Program-made: the position numbers and the translations under genes
Notes under the pieces: model-generated
What the model saw: only the letters and a program-made list of their open reading frames with translations
The model's database searches: none
What the model was told of the DNA's origin: nothing
NCBI GenBank assembly: GCA_048013815.1
Contig: CM106585.1
Location: 2,790,001 to 2,854,000 of the forward strand
DNA length: 64,000 nt
Origin: Setoptus koraiensis
Taxonomy: Eukaryota > Animalia > Arthropoda
Direction: 5' to 3'
In this document: piece after piece, positions 13,201 to 25,927 of the stretch
Numbering within the stretch: the first letter of the stretch is position 1
Layout of the letters: the number at the start of each line of letters is the position of its first letter

Positions 13201-15507
13201 CACTGTTTATCTGGCTGCGATCGCTTGCATTGTCAGCGGCTCGCCGGCACCGCAGCAGCGCCGCCGGTTGCCAGTGGCAGCGAGCTGCGATTTCTGCCCC
13301 TCAGCACAGTCAGCGCTCGACGGGGCCCCAACGGCTCGCCGGGATAACAAATTGATTATTGTACGCATCTGAGTGCAGTATCTTTCGGCACAGCTACACT
13401 GTTTTGTGTGTTTACAGACAACAATGCCAGTTGGCCGGCCCAAAATGATCTATATTGTCGCGTGGATATGACGACTTGCACTGATGACAGTCGCAAACAA
13501 CAACGGCAGCAACAACAACAACAACAACGACGACGACAACAACGACAACAGCGACAACAGCGCCAACAACGACAACATCAACAACGACGACAACAACAAC
13601 GACAACAACGACGACAACGACAGCATCACTGAGCTGCTGCTGTTGTCGGTGGTGCTGCTGTTGTTGTCGCTGTTGTGGGTGCCCCAGTTTTAGTTGCTGC
13701 GCCAACTATTGAGTGGGCAGTCGTAACTGCACTGCAGTGGCATTGTTGTTGCTCGTCACAATCAATCAGCGGTCAGCGGTCACAGGCTGCACTGGCGCCA
13801 AGTTAACAGATATGATACGAGAGGTCGCGGCGCGACAAACAAATACCCTAATCTCGTCGCTAATCTGCCCGCGCCGCTGATTCAATATAATCTGTGCGGC
13901 CGCCGACGCGCCCGCCAGAGGTGGCCGCTGTGGGCCGAGCATATGCCGTCGGCCAGCCGAGCATCGGCCGGCGCCTCACGAGCATCGGCCGGCGCCTCAG
14001 GTTAGAAGGGGCGTAATTATGTGGGGCCCGGTCAAGTGGCCTCCGACAGAAAAGCAAGCTCCGGCGGAGAGTGTGTGTGCCGTTGTGGCGCATTCGTGGC
14101 GCTCGGGCCCGCCACTCAAGCACCGCGACTCCGCCGAATGTCCGCCGAAGAGCGGCGAGCAAAAGTTGCCTGCCACTCTAATGATCTCGCTCGCTCGCTC
14201 GCTCGCTTTTTTTCGTTATTCTCTCCTTCCGGTTCCGGTTCAATTGATGTCGTTGGCGCCGTCGTCAATCATGCGCTACACAGACTCTTGCCCGACTCAC
14301 AAAACAGACTCTTGGCAGACTTGTAACACTGGCGGCACAACCGTGACACACCCGCGACATACAGCGCCAACTGGCCCAGTGGCAGATGCTTGCAATGGGC
14401 CCCATATAATAGCAATAATCTCGTATAATCTTATGGGGCCAGCAAAATAGGGCCGAGCACGGATTAGAATGGGGAAAGCAGTGTTGTTGGCGTTGCTCAA
14501 AAGTGCCCAGAGAAACACTTTGCGCCGAGAGCTGGCCCCTGTTGGCCGCTTCAATGCTGCAACTGACGGGCAGCAACATTAACAATTGGCCCCCCATTAA
14601 ATCGCGCACAGTTGCATCGCGCTCACTGACGGTCACTGACGCAACGAGCACAACATTACACATATATCTATATATTACATAACATGATACGCGTTGTAAA
14701 ACTTGATATTGTTGCTATCTTGAGCTGGCTGGCCGACTGACCGGCCGACAGGCTGGCTGGCTGGCAAACAAAAATCGCCAAAGCAAGCGCCCAATAATAA
14801 TACTAACAGCAATAATGATATTGGCCCCTGTATGCAGATGTGAGGCCCAAAGATTGATCGTTTTGGGCCGTTGTCGTTGTGTGTGTTGCCGTTGTGTGTG
14901 TGTGTGTGTGTGTTGTCGTTGTGTGCGTTGCCTGGTGCTTTGGCTGGCCGGTGGCGATTGGGCGCATGTGGCAACAGCAAATCTCTCGCCACACTCAAAA
15001 CACTTGACGTGTGATGTAACTGACCAGTGGCCAGCGCTCATCGTGGGCCCACAAGTCGGCGCTAAATGGCGCCGCCAACAGCAAACATTACATAACATTG
15101 TACAACATTACATAACATTGCACGATGATAGCGACATGATGGCTTGATAATGCACACGAGATACCATCGCTCGTGATTTAGTTATCAATGATTGCCGTTG
15201 TTCATTGCGCATCTATGATAATGATCACGCTCGCAAACAATCTCACTGGGGCCGCCTCTTTACGAGCCCATTTAGAAGCCTCGATGCGAGCCTCTCTACA
15301 GGCCTCGATGCCAGCCTCTTTGCGAGCCTCCTCACGAGCCTCGATACCTAGCTCTCGTTGTGGCTGGCCCAATGCGCTGGCCACTGTCGCCTAGCTCGGG
15401 GCCACCGGATAATTCGTTTCGGTTGATTGGGGCGGCAGGAATTATTTACACATTTATTATTCAGATTCAATAATCGGCAGTATCGAGTCTGTTGCGCGCG
15501 TCCCACA

Positions 15508-15571
15508 ACTTGTGAGTCTCGCGACTTGTGGGTCTCGCGACTTGTGGGTCTCGCGACTTGTGGGTCTCACA
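15508..15571. repeat. Tandem repeat, 16-bp unit x4
   Basis: acttgtg(a/g)gtctcgcg repeated four times. Confidence 0.9.
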
Positions 15572-18500
15572 AGCTCGGCACGAGTGTGGCGAGATTGCAG
15601 CGCGCGACACAACAATCAATCACCGGCACTGGTCGCTCATTTATCGTTGTGTATCCCGATGAGTCCGGCCGGTCACTGCCGATATCACAGTGATAATGGC
15701 GCCGGCCCGGTTGTGGCTGGCGCGATATCATCACAAAATTGATGGTCGATACAGGCCCAGTGACTTACTGGCGGTGAGCCTTGCCAAGGTATTCGCTGCA
15801 ACGGCCTCCGACATGCGCCCTCTGTGCAAAATGATCACCAGCCACCGAAACAATCATCAACGAGGCCACCATTCATCATTCTTAATTTGTACAAACGGCC
15901 TAGACAAATGGCGCCAACTTGCACTTTGGTGCTTCAAAAAGTTCATTTGGGGCCCAGCGAGGCCCGGCGAGGTCCAGCGATGTCCAGCGAGGGGCCCAAA
16001 TGAGCGACGCACAGTGGCACAGCTATGATTGGTGTGTCGTCGTGGTGCTCGCTCGAGCACAGCATCCACTGCGGCCCGATTGGCCTCACCATCGGATCGG
16101 GCCGGCGGAACACCGCCGCGCAGGCGGATTATTGGGGCAGTGGGTCATCAGGGCAGCGGGCCGTCGGAGTGCGGCTCCGTCGGGCATTAGGTCCATTAGT
16201 GTGTGGCGCCGATCATTGATTATTGGCCATTATTATTATTATTATTATCGTATGTGGGCGGCGAATCGCAGCGCGCCAACTTGCGATGCCCGCTGTTCGG
16301 CGTGAGCGCCGCAAGATGGCCAAAGTGATTACTCGTGCTGGCAACCAGCATACGCACGGTGCTGCCACCACCAGTACGATTGCCGTGAATAATTACGCAA
16401 CAAGCCCGATATAATGTGACGACAGCATACACGCCATGTGACACAGTGTGACTCACAATTGTGACACGGAATTTCGGGGGCCTCTAATCATTTGAGTGCA
16501 ATGTGACATTGCCAACGTGACGTTGTGCCAATGTCTAACGAGAATAACGGTTCAGCTCGTCGATTATATTGTCAGCATCTGGCTAGTCGGTGCGTTGGGG
16601 CCCGCCGCTCGCTGTTCAGAGGGGCGAGCGTGTCATCATTGGTGCGGTTGGCGTCACCTTCGCTCTTTGATTTCGCCTTTTTGTGCCCCCATCAAATAAC
16701 GGCCAAGCTCGCCTTTCACCGTTGGCTGCCTGCCAGTCGCTCGCCAGTCGCTCGCCAGTTGCTTGCGCGAATGTTTGCTCGTGCAAATGCTCATTCATGC
16801 ATTTGGCCACTTGTCAAGCCGAGTCGCTTGATGAGACTTGATGCGACAGCCCGAGACAACAGATCAAACATTGAGATATTTTGCTATTTGTGTTTGTCTC
16901 ATAATTAATGGCGTCTAATTAATCGTCGTGTCGAAACGGAGCGGGCGCCATCTTGAGCGGCTGCATGGAGGCTGCAAGTGGGCACAGCTGCCGCTGCCAC
17001 CACCGCTTATCGGACGGCACACACGGCAACCGTGCGGATGCGGGTGCCCCAACAGCCGAACGGGCCTCAGCGCCGCAGAACGGGGCCCCGGTTGAGCGGG
17101 CGAGTCCATCTATCGGCAGAGCGGTGGCAACTTCAACTGCAGCAGCCAGTCGCTGGACCGGTCTAGTGCGCAACCCCAACAGTGCGCCCGTTTTGCCCAA
17201 ATCTCGGCTAATCTCGGATCAATTGTGCCCCACTCCGCTCCTCCTGTAGGCCAACTGCGGAGGCTCCACAGTTCGCGGTAACGCTAGCGCCTCCCCCCCA
17301 CACACACACACACACACACACATACCGCCGATGTAACATCTGAGTGGGCTATTACGTAACTTGTGAGTCTGTCCACTTGTGTCGTGGTGGGGCGCGTTGC
17401 AACTTGCACCCGTCGAGCAAGCAGCAACTTTATTATTAAATGAGGGCGCCACCTATTGCCATCGCCAACTGGCTGCTTTGGGGCCCAACAGCTTAATTAG
17501 AATGATGGTAATCTGAGGGTGGTGCGATAATTGATTTCTAGCAGCGCTCTTGTAACACTGAGTTAAGTGTTAGAAGGGAGCCACTGGAGCAACTTGAGGC
17601 CGAGCAACTGAATGAGCCAACTGGATGGAAATGTCGCCATTTTGGCGCACTCGTTGTTTGCCCGCAATCCGCAAGCAAACAAACGTTGCTAGTTGCGCAA
17701 TCGTTGAGCACAAAATCGCTGGCGCCTCCTCAAAAACGACACCAATATATAATATAATGTTGTGAGACACACACACACTGGCAAACAATGGCAATAATTG
17801 CCAAGATTATTGGTTTGGTGGCCGCTCTCAAATGCGCAGCTAATGAAGTCGCGCCAGCAATGAGGTCCCACGTACACTGCCGACAATAGAATGTCATTGT
17901 TTCAGTCATATCAGTGTCGTTAGTCGCTCGTGCGGCCACTAACGAGATAGTTGCCGAGTTAACTGGCAAATGATCGATCGCTAATGAATTCTGGCTCTAT
18001 TTTCGAAGCTTGCAACTTGCAAGTTGCGAGCCGATTTGCTCTGGCAAGCTTGCCAGATATCGCCTGACATTCTCAGTCTGAGATTCTGTGCCCATTCACG
18101 AGCGCGCGCGGAACGGGGGCGCAAGTTCACAATTCGCGCCACACTTGTTATAATGATGATAAGCATCTCTCACTCGCCGTCTCTCTCTCTCTCTCTCTCC
18201 GTTTTATCTGATGACACAAAATTGATTAACTATGACACTAAATAAGCGTTCGTTGTTGACAACAGTGTTAATGATCGGTCGGTTAGCCGTTGCGCAATGG
18301 CTGGGGCCCCGCACAAGTCTGGCAGTCTCGCACGAGTCTGGGGCCTCGCACGAGCGTGCTGGCCTCGAGTCAGCGGGCCAGCTTAGGTGAGTGAACCAGT
18401 GAACCCGCGATGACTCACACCAGTGCCAGCAAAAACGCCTGCCTCGCCAGGTTGAGCCTCCGTGGGGCCCACATATCCTATCCATGGAGTCCACAGTGAA

Positions 18501-19020
18501 GAGTCTGTGGTATGCGGGGCCCCTTTCGGGGCCCGCTGCAGCGCTAACGAGTGTCTGCCGGCTGCCAATTGCGAACGGGCAATTGGGCATTGGAAGCGAG
18601 CAGATCGATGAATAATTTGGAGAGCTGGCAAATCAGAGGGATCAATAATAATGTTGCAACGGGGGCCCATCGGATGTGCCGTTTGACTTGTGCCGTTAAA
18701 CAGTTTAGCTTTGGCCGGCTCCCGGCGCCCGTTTGAACACAAGTCGCTGGCTGTAATGAGGCTCTCAGTATGACAAGCGTGACGCGAAACTTTTGCGGCC
18801 AACGAGACTCTGTTGTGGCATGGGGGGTCCGAGGGGCGAGGTTCGGGCAGCATTGGGGCGCATAGAAATGCGCCTTTATCTCTGTCTGGCGCGCGTTTTT
18901 TCGGCCTCTGTCCCTGCTGGCTCGTGTCGCTTATCTGATCGGCTCGGCCTGATATTTCAAGTTAAGTGAGGCATAAGATTTGCATGTTGCATTGTTTTGT
19001 CGTGCGAATCGCGCGACTCT

Positions 19021-19138
19021 CCTCGGCGATTCTTTACGATTCTCGGCGCCTCTTTGCCATTCTCGGCGATTCTTTGCCATTCTCGGCGATTCTTCGCCAT
19101 TCTCGGCGCTTCTTTGCCATTCTTGGCGCTTCTTTGCC
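19021..19138. repeat. Tandem repeat, 20-bp unit x6
   Basis: Consensus tctcggcgattctttgccat at a 20-bp period with scattered substitutions. Confidence 0.9.
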
Positions 19139-21299
19139 TCTCATCCGCAAAGAGTCGCTTGCGCCTGGTGCGCCCGACGCCCGCGATGCGCCCGATGCCC
19201 CGATGCGCCGGCAACGAGGCCATCATCATTGAGCGGCCCGGCTGAACGGCGCCCGCAAGAGCGGCAACCATTTTAAATTGTCAAGCCAGCGGCATAATGG
19301 TCGGTGAGTCGCGACTGGCTGCGGTCTCGAGCGGTCGGGTTAACCGGACCGCTCTGCCAAGACCAAACCAAAACACAGCGAATGTCGGATTAATGGAGAC
19401 AAGCCACGCGGAAGAGGCGAGAGCGTCCATTTAATTAGAGACAAGCGGCCAGACTCGAACAAAAGCCCATAAGAAATGATGTGGCCCGATGATACGAGTC
19501 GATATGATTCAAAACGATCGCATGAATAATGCGCCAAATGTGGTGAATAATGCGCCGAATGCGCTGAAAATGATATTATTATGTAATGAATTGTGCGGAT
19601 CATGCATGATAAAATCTGCCGCTCGCAGCCAGTTAATGAAAAATGTCGCCAACGTCCAGTCGGATTATCGGCCGCCACAATTGATGCCGATCGCGCACAG
19701 ATAGCGCATAGCGACGCATCAGATCAGATCGGGAGCCATAAATCACGGTTGGTTGTTTGTTTTCGGTGGCTCGCTCGTTGTTGCGTGTGGGCGCCTCAAG
19801 AGATAAGCGAAAGGGGTTAGTTTGCGCAATGGGGCCTCGGAGAGCCTCCGTTGGATTTCTCCGTTTACAAGCAAACGGCAGCTTGTAAACGGGGGAGAGA
19901 TGCAAGCGTCGGAGCGCCATCTATTCTCTGTATCATAAGAGACTCACCTTGCGCCGCGCGTTGACACTAATTCCGGTACGAACGTACAAACTGTTTCCAA
20001 TTGGGCCGATGTATCAAAGCGCGTAGACCGTTAATTTTGCAGCTCGGATTGTTATCTGACACTTGTGAGACAGGGCAGCAGTTAGTTGATTGACGTGGCG
20101 TTATTGTCTTGGCGTCGAAGCTTCGATGCTGGCCATTCGTCCATTGTTGTCTGCTCGCTGCGATGATGGCTCAATGGTGAGTGTTGTCGCCGGCGACAGC
20201 CAGCAATTGTTGCAAAGCGATGTTGTCTTGACGCTGATTGTTGGCCACACTGCGATGACACGGGATATTTGTTGTTAACTGATAGAAAAATACTATTGAG
20301 CAACTGTTTCGAGACTGTTCAATTCTTGCACAAACAGCGACAGCGATCCGACTCAATATGACGAGACGGCGGCACAGCGACCCGCTAACCCGCTATCATA
20401 GATCAAATAAGCGAAAAAATTGTGCGTGCGCGAGCGGATATATTGGTGGCACAACTTTATCCACTAGCTTGTTTCTTGAAGAGGTCGCTTCGAACGAACG
20501 GTATTTCTCGGAATTTTACGTAGCACGTGCAGATATTTCACAATTTCACAAGAGTGCTCAATTTGTGTGTGTGTGCGAGCCACTGTCGGCCGTTTGTACT
20601 GTCTGGCAAGTTACGGGCCTCAGCGGGGGGCCCCGAATTAGTTTGTGCGCACGTTGCGCACAGTGCGCATGGCACACACACAACTGCACAGGAGTGGGCG
20701 CTTTATCTGTGCGGATAAAGCGCTGCCCACTGTGGTGCCCAAGTGAGCCGCAGCTGCATTGTGCAGTCACTCTAACGGTATTACAGTGCCCAACGGCAGT
20801 GATATTGCCGTCAGAACCAAGCGAAAAACCAAGCAAACCGAAGAAACGGAGCCCAGAAAAAAGGAAGCCAGAAGCTGGCAAATTGAGTGCAAGTTGACGA
20901 TCGAGCGAGCGAACGCGCGGGGGCGTACGGCGCATCTGTCGCCAGGGTTGCCGTGGAGCGGCCCGAGGAGAAGCGCGGAGGGGGAGAGCTGGAAAAAAGC
21001 AATTGTCGTCGATTGATAGAGAGTCGGTGTCAGAGAATCGATAGAGAATTGATAGAGTCGCGCTACTCGTTTCGACGCCGCCGCCAGCCATCGTCAAGTG
21101 TTCGCAGGTATTTGCATCGTTAGCTGTGAGTGAATGATGATCCCGTTTTGATTTGGGGGCGCGATAACGCCCGATATGCAATTCGCGAGGCTAAATTGCG
21201 CACTGTGTTGTTGTAAATTGTAAATGCGGCCCCCGATGGCGGACAAGTGCAATGGGACAGCGACCGAGGCGCACAATTTACAACACAATTTACTGCGCC

Positions 21300-21371
21300 G
21301 CGAATTGTGCTGCGAATTTCGTCGCGAATTGTGCCGCGAATTGTGCCGCGAATTTCGTCGCGAATTGTGCG
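21300..21371. repeat. Tandem repeat, 12-bp unit x6 with higher-order ABA-ABA pattern
   Basis: Units gcgaattgtgcN (A) and gcgaatttcgtc (B) in the order A B A A B A. Confidence 0.9.
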
Positions 21372-21754
21372 CATTGGGCCCCGCGATTGTGCACCACTAG
21401 CGCACTTTAACAAGTGATACAACTCGGCGGCGCTGGAAATTGGCGGCGCAGGTCGGCGCGTCCTTCGGGCCAATGAATACATTTGCATCAATCATGCCAT
21501 GATTACAAAACGACAGCCAGAAGACAGTTGCATGACAAGTCGCATACAACTTGTACGATGCAAGTGAGCGAGAACTCGGCCAACGGTGAGCAAGCGAGCG
21601 GCCATTGTTCCGATCGCGTTGATTCGGACTGATCGCTGATGCGCCGATATCGACACAGCTCAAACGACCAAACGATGAGCCGTCCGGCGCGACGGATAAA
21701 CAATGAGACAATCGCGTCGCCGAGTGGAGCGCGCCAGAATCTGAGCTTCAGACT

Positions 21755-21834
21755 CTCCGATTATGAGATTCTCCGATTATGAGATTCTCCGATTATGAGA
21801 TTCTCCTATTATGAGATTCTCAGACTATCAGATT
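21755..21834. repeat. Tandem repeat, 16-bp unit x4 plus one diverged copy
   Basis: ctccgattatgagatt repeated. Confidence 0.9.
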
Positions 21835-22124
21835 GTGAGCCAGAGTCGGACTGGTCAGCGGCAGTTTTGCGGTGGCCCGATTCTGCAGAGTAGGCGCATT
21901 TTGCCGCTGAGATCTCAGTGACGATCTCAGTGAGATCGCACAAACGAGGCACAAAATCGAAGCGGCCCAAATCAAATGTTGACCAATGCAGCAACCAGTG
22001 CCCATTGTCTCAAGCTTGCATCGTTTTATTTTGATTGCTCGCCTATTATTACTTGGCTATTATTAGTGTGTATGGTTAACTATAACTATTACATAACTAC
22101 GACTATAACTACTATTACTATTGC

Positions 22125-22886
22125 TCATTGTTTGGCCCGGCTGACAGGCCGATTGTGCGGCGCTTGTGGCTGTCGGCTGGCGACGGTCTGCTCCGACAGG
22201 TCGCTGTCTCTGTTGAACTTGAACATTGCCTGGCACGTCGAATACAATTTAAATAGATTTCGCTGTTGCTCAAAGTTCAACTGTTGGCCCAGCAATTGTC
22301 GCCTGGGGTCCATTTCATCGGGGCTCCTCTTGCGCCTCGTTTGGGCCTCTTGTGGGCTCGTGGCGGGCTGTTGTCTGGCCAGATTGTTTTCGAACTGGCC
22401 GAAGATGGCGCCACAAGCGTGCTCAATTTGACGCGCCAAACGCTCTTGTTCGTATCTCAGCAGGGCCGTATTAATCAATGATCTCAGCGCGTCCTGATTG
22501 GACATCTCCTCGAGCCAGTGACTGTAGTCCAAATCGACTGTGTATTTGAGCGGATGACTATCTAGGGCATTTAGATCGTCGTCATTAGTGTTTGAGTCAG
22601 CGTCGACAACGACAAGGCGCTGGTTTGTTTGCGATTGTTGCTGTTGTTGCTGTTGTCGCTGTTGGTTGGGTTGTTGTTGTTGGTTGGGCTGTTGTTGTTG
22701 GTTCGGCTGAGTGTCGTCCGTGGTCTTGAGAAGTCCCTGTTCGTATTCTGCTCTTTGTTGTTGCAAGTGCTTTGTAAACGAGTTCAACATCTCTAAATTA
22801 AGCTCATCGTTGGCCATGACACGCTTGCCCGTTTGCGTTTGCATTGTGACGCCAACAATGAACAATAACAGCACCATGCGCTTCAT
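22125..22886 (-). CDS. Secreted prohormone/neuropeptide-precursor-like protein (~253 aa)
   Basis: First in-frame ATG is at 22886 (the ORF-track start at 22940 is TTG). Signal-peptide-like MKRMVLLLFIVGVTM, GKR and RRKR basic sites, two Cys and a polyQ spacer. AATAAA on - at 22025-22030 and TATAAATA on - at 23146-23153. Confidence 0.65.
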   Translation of the reverse strand: MKRMVLLLFIVGVTMQTQTGKRVMANDELNLEMLNSFTKHLQQQRAEYEQGLLKTTDDTQPNQQQQPNQQQQPNQQRQQQQQQQSQTNQRLVVVDADSNTNDDDLNALDSHPLKYTVDLDYSHWLEEMSNQDALRSLINTALLRYEQERLARQIEHACGAIFGQFENNLARQQPATSPQEAQTRRKRSPDEMDPRRQLLGQQLNFEQQRNLFKLYSTCQAMFKFNRDSDLSEQTVASRQPQAPHNRPVSRAKQ

Positions 22887-23145
22887 CGCGAATCGAGCAA
22901 ATTTCAAGCAAATTCCAAACAAATCCAAGCTCGTATCCAAGCAAATCTGCCAGCTATTGACCTCACTCTGTCTGGATGATGTTGCTTAGCAACGCGGCTC
23001 CAACAAGATGCTGACAATTGTGCTGCTGTCCGACAGAAATTGCTGCGATCGTCGTGTCTATTTCAAATAGACTTCAAATAATTTGTGCGTGTGCGTCGAT
23101 CACTTTGTTTCTACATTGGCGGCCGTTTTGCACCTGTGCAGGTCG

Positions 23146-23153
23146 TATTTATA
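23146..23153 (-). promoter_or_regulatory. Candidate TATA box of the prohormone-like gene
   Basis: TATAAATA on the minus strand about 260 nt upstream of the ATG. Confidence 0.4.
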
Positions 23154-25463
23154 ACAAGCTGTCAAACAGCAACAACCTGCTCTGAATACAAATAACTCTC
23201 GAATGGCTGTCACTCGCATTATTATGACACTATGACATTATAACATTATGGCATCGTAACATTGTGAGAGCCAGCTCACCTGTGCGGCTCACTGTGCCAA
23301 GTATCCATATCTAATTGCATTCGGATCACTCGTGATTATGTCGCGCTCCCCCAATTAGTTAATTAGTAATTAATACGGCTCATCGGTCCCATTATGCCAA
23401 TATGTTAGTAAATAATAATGCATGCGACACAAACACTAGAGACACAGGTGAGCACAGGTGAGCTCGACACACATTCGCTGGCGCAAAGTGCAGTCGTCCA
23501 TTGGCTGCTCGAGCAGCCAAAATGGCGCTCGGCTAAAATCGCTCTCTCTCAAATATCTGTCAACCTGTGTCTCGTTGCTCGTTTCTGTCGACTCAATTAC
23601 GCAACCAATCAAAACGCTATCGCCGCGTAACATTTTCAGCAAACAATCAGCACAAAATCAGCGCAAAATCAGCGCAAAATCAGCTCATAATCAGCGATCG
23701 AATCGATTGAGTGTCGCCATCGATTGACTGTAAACAAAAATTGAATGGCAAAACGACGACCTTGTACTTGTTGGCTCGACACTAACGCTGGCCCACTCCC
23801 AATTTCAGTCAATTTATTTCGTTTTGTTTCGTCCGCCAGCATCGACAGCGTTCGTCTCATGCAATTAAGATCAGTTAATTGACACAGGTAACATGCTCAC
23901 AATTAGAGATATGCCGGCAACAATTGTCAACGAATACAGGTGACATTGGCCGCCAGTGATTGGCGCTCGTTCTTTTGCTCGCTTCTTCGTGTTCGACTCG
24001 AAAATCGGTGCGCCAAACATAGTTGCATCTAATCAGTAGGGGGCGCACTGATTTTACATACTAGAGTGCGCTCTAGCCTCTAGAGTCTATAGCTCTTCTG
24101 AGAACATTGAAATAAACTAGTGAAATGACTTGCACAATCGAAAACCGGAAGTCGAGAGTAACACTCACCGCTAGTTCACTGCCAATTGTGGGCGCATCGA
24201 TTAGGGGTGCCCCTGTGAGTGTCACACAGTGTGAGTCTCACACAGTGTGAGAGCAACATTTTCTTGTATTCGTTCGAAAGAAAGGAAATAATAATGCGAT
24301 TTGGCGATCACAAGACGCATGTATCAACAGCGCCGGAGATTCGAGCGAGCAGCGAGAGTCGCTTCGAGGAAGCGAGAGTCGCTATTGGTCGTTGTCGACG
24401 AGTCATTGGCAGCATGATAGGATAACAAACAACAAAAAATACATAGTTTGTTAGTTGTTAGTGGCATGAGTGTTGCCGTGACTTAAAATAGTCGGAATAA
24501 TTAATTTTCAACCATTTTTCAATGGCACTACACGGCAATGTTTGTGCCTGTGCTGAATGAAATAATGTTTGCAATCACTCGACTGCAAGCTATCGTGAAC
24601 CTCGAAAACTTTTGAGTGAAAAGCTTTCACAAGTTGTGACTCACAACTGCTTGATATGTCGCCGACCCGCAAACAAACAAGTGTTGTTGGCCTATGCTAA
24701 TGATAATGATTTGTGATAGTTGTTGTGACACGACTCAATTGGCCCGCCACTTGTTAATCGTTTATTTATGTAGCACCGTTATTTGTGTGTGCAACATGAG
24801 CAATTTCATCGAGATAACCCGTTTGTCGTGGCTGTTGGCGTTGTGTAAAGTTGCCAAGTTTTTGCCCAAAACACAACAACACTTTGGCGAGACACAATAA
24901 TTAGTGGCTCGACAATTGGCGGCTCTAATGAATCAATCTCGCTGCTCATTTAAATGGCAACATTGTGCGCCCGTCGTTTGTCGTAACTAACTTGCGTTGA
25001 CTTGTAGACGGTGCAGCGTGTGACGTGCACCGTTAGCGTCACTGCAATCTCAGTCAATCAGTCTCGGCAACACGGGACAGTTGTCATCTCGGCGCAGTTG
25101 ATATCATATGACTCGTATGATATGAGCACCCAATCAAACAGGTTTGTTTGTTGTTTGCGACGGCCTGACGAAATAAAATATAAAAAGTATAAAACCGACG
25201 GTGCACAGGTGAGCTTTCAGCTCGCTTTCTCGCATTGCTCAATCGTGCATTATCGTGCATTATCGTGCATTATCGTGCATTATCGCGCATTATGGTGTCG
25301 AAATAATAATTATAATTTAACGAAGATTGCAATTGCGAAATGCACGCGCGCGTTGCACGTTGTCACCGATAGTCACTGTTTGTGAGTTGTGAGTCATCGG
25401 CGTCTTGGCGATTCATTGGCGCTTGGCGTTTCTGTGCGCTTGCATCAGATTGCCACAAACGAG

Positions 25464-25471
25464 TATAAATA
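25464..25471 (+). promoter_or_regulatory. TATA box of the cuticle-type gene
   Basis: TATAAATA 113 nt upstream of the ATG at 25584, followed by an A/C-rich 5' UTR typical of highly expressed arthropod genes. Confidence 0.75.
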
Positions 25472-25583
25472 GCGCGCCGAGTTTGCTTGCAAAGTCACCA
25501 TTCGCTCTCAGCAACCAAACTGAAACAACCAACCAACAAACAACCAACAACAACCAACCAAAACCAAACCAAATCAAATCACA

Positions 25584-25927
25584 ATGTCCAAAGCAATCGT
25601 AAGTTGCCGGCAACGGCGCAAATTACCAAAATTTTGGTCCAAAAACCAATGCCAATTAATTGCTCAATATCGACTCCAGTCTAACCCCAATTGTCACCAA
25701 TTGTTTCCCGAATTCAGATCATTCTCGCCATCGTGGCCGCTTTCGTCGCCGTTGCCTCTGGCCAGGTTTACTACGGTGCGGCCTACCCATCGGCCTACGG
25801 AACCTACGGATACGCTTCCGTGCCAACGGCAGCAGTGGCCTCGCCCGTGATCGCGAGCGCCCCGGTGGCATCGTACGGATACGCGGCGGCCGCTTACCCG
25901 TCGGCTGCGTACATCTTGAAGAAGTGA
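25584..25927 (+). CDS. Small Ala/Tyr-rich secreted cuticle-type protein (74 aa); exons 25584-25598 and 25718-25927
   Basis: ATG TCC AAA GCA ATC|gtaagt ... ttcag|ATC ATT gives MSKAI-IILAIVAAFVAVASG (signal peptide) then QVYYGAAYPSAYGTYGYASVP...AAAAYPSAAYILKK. A very short first coding exon is typical of arthropod cuticular genes. AATAAA at 25935-25940. Confidence 0.85.

Noticed and set aside
13484-13693. N/D-rich ORF ending in a hydrophobic tail (possible GPI/TM exon)
   Set aside because: Explained by a CAA/CGA/CAG triplet array that is open in several frames; no supporting splice or polyA context could be established.
10652-21181. Many 60-235-aa ORFs in the GGGCCC island (e.g. 10652-11359, 11080-11634, 20358-20897, 20558-21181)
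   Set aside because: Mostly non-ATG starts, overlapping on both strands, no domain motifs and composition typical of GC-rich non-coding DNA.
19021-21834. CRISPR-like arrays
   Set aside because: The repeats are head-to-tail without unique spacers, there are no cas genes and the context is eukaryotic.
22200-22430. Insulin-like reading of the prohormone-like protein (RLARQIEHACG resembles a B-chain end, followed by RRKR)
   Set aside because: Only two Cys in the mature protein and no A-chain CCxxxC(x8)C motif.
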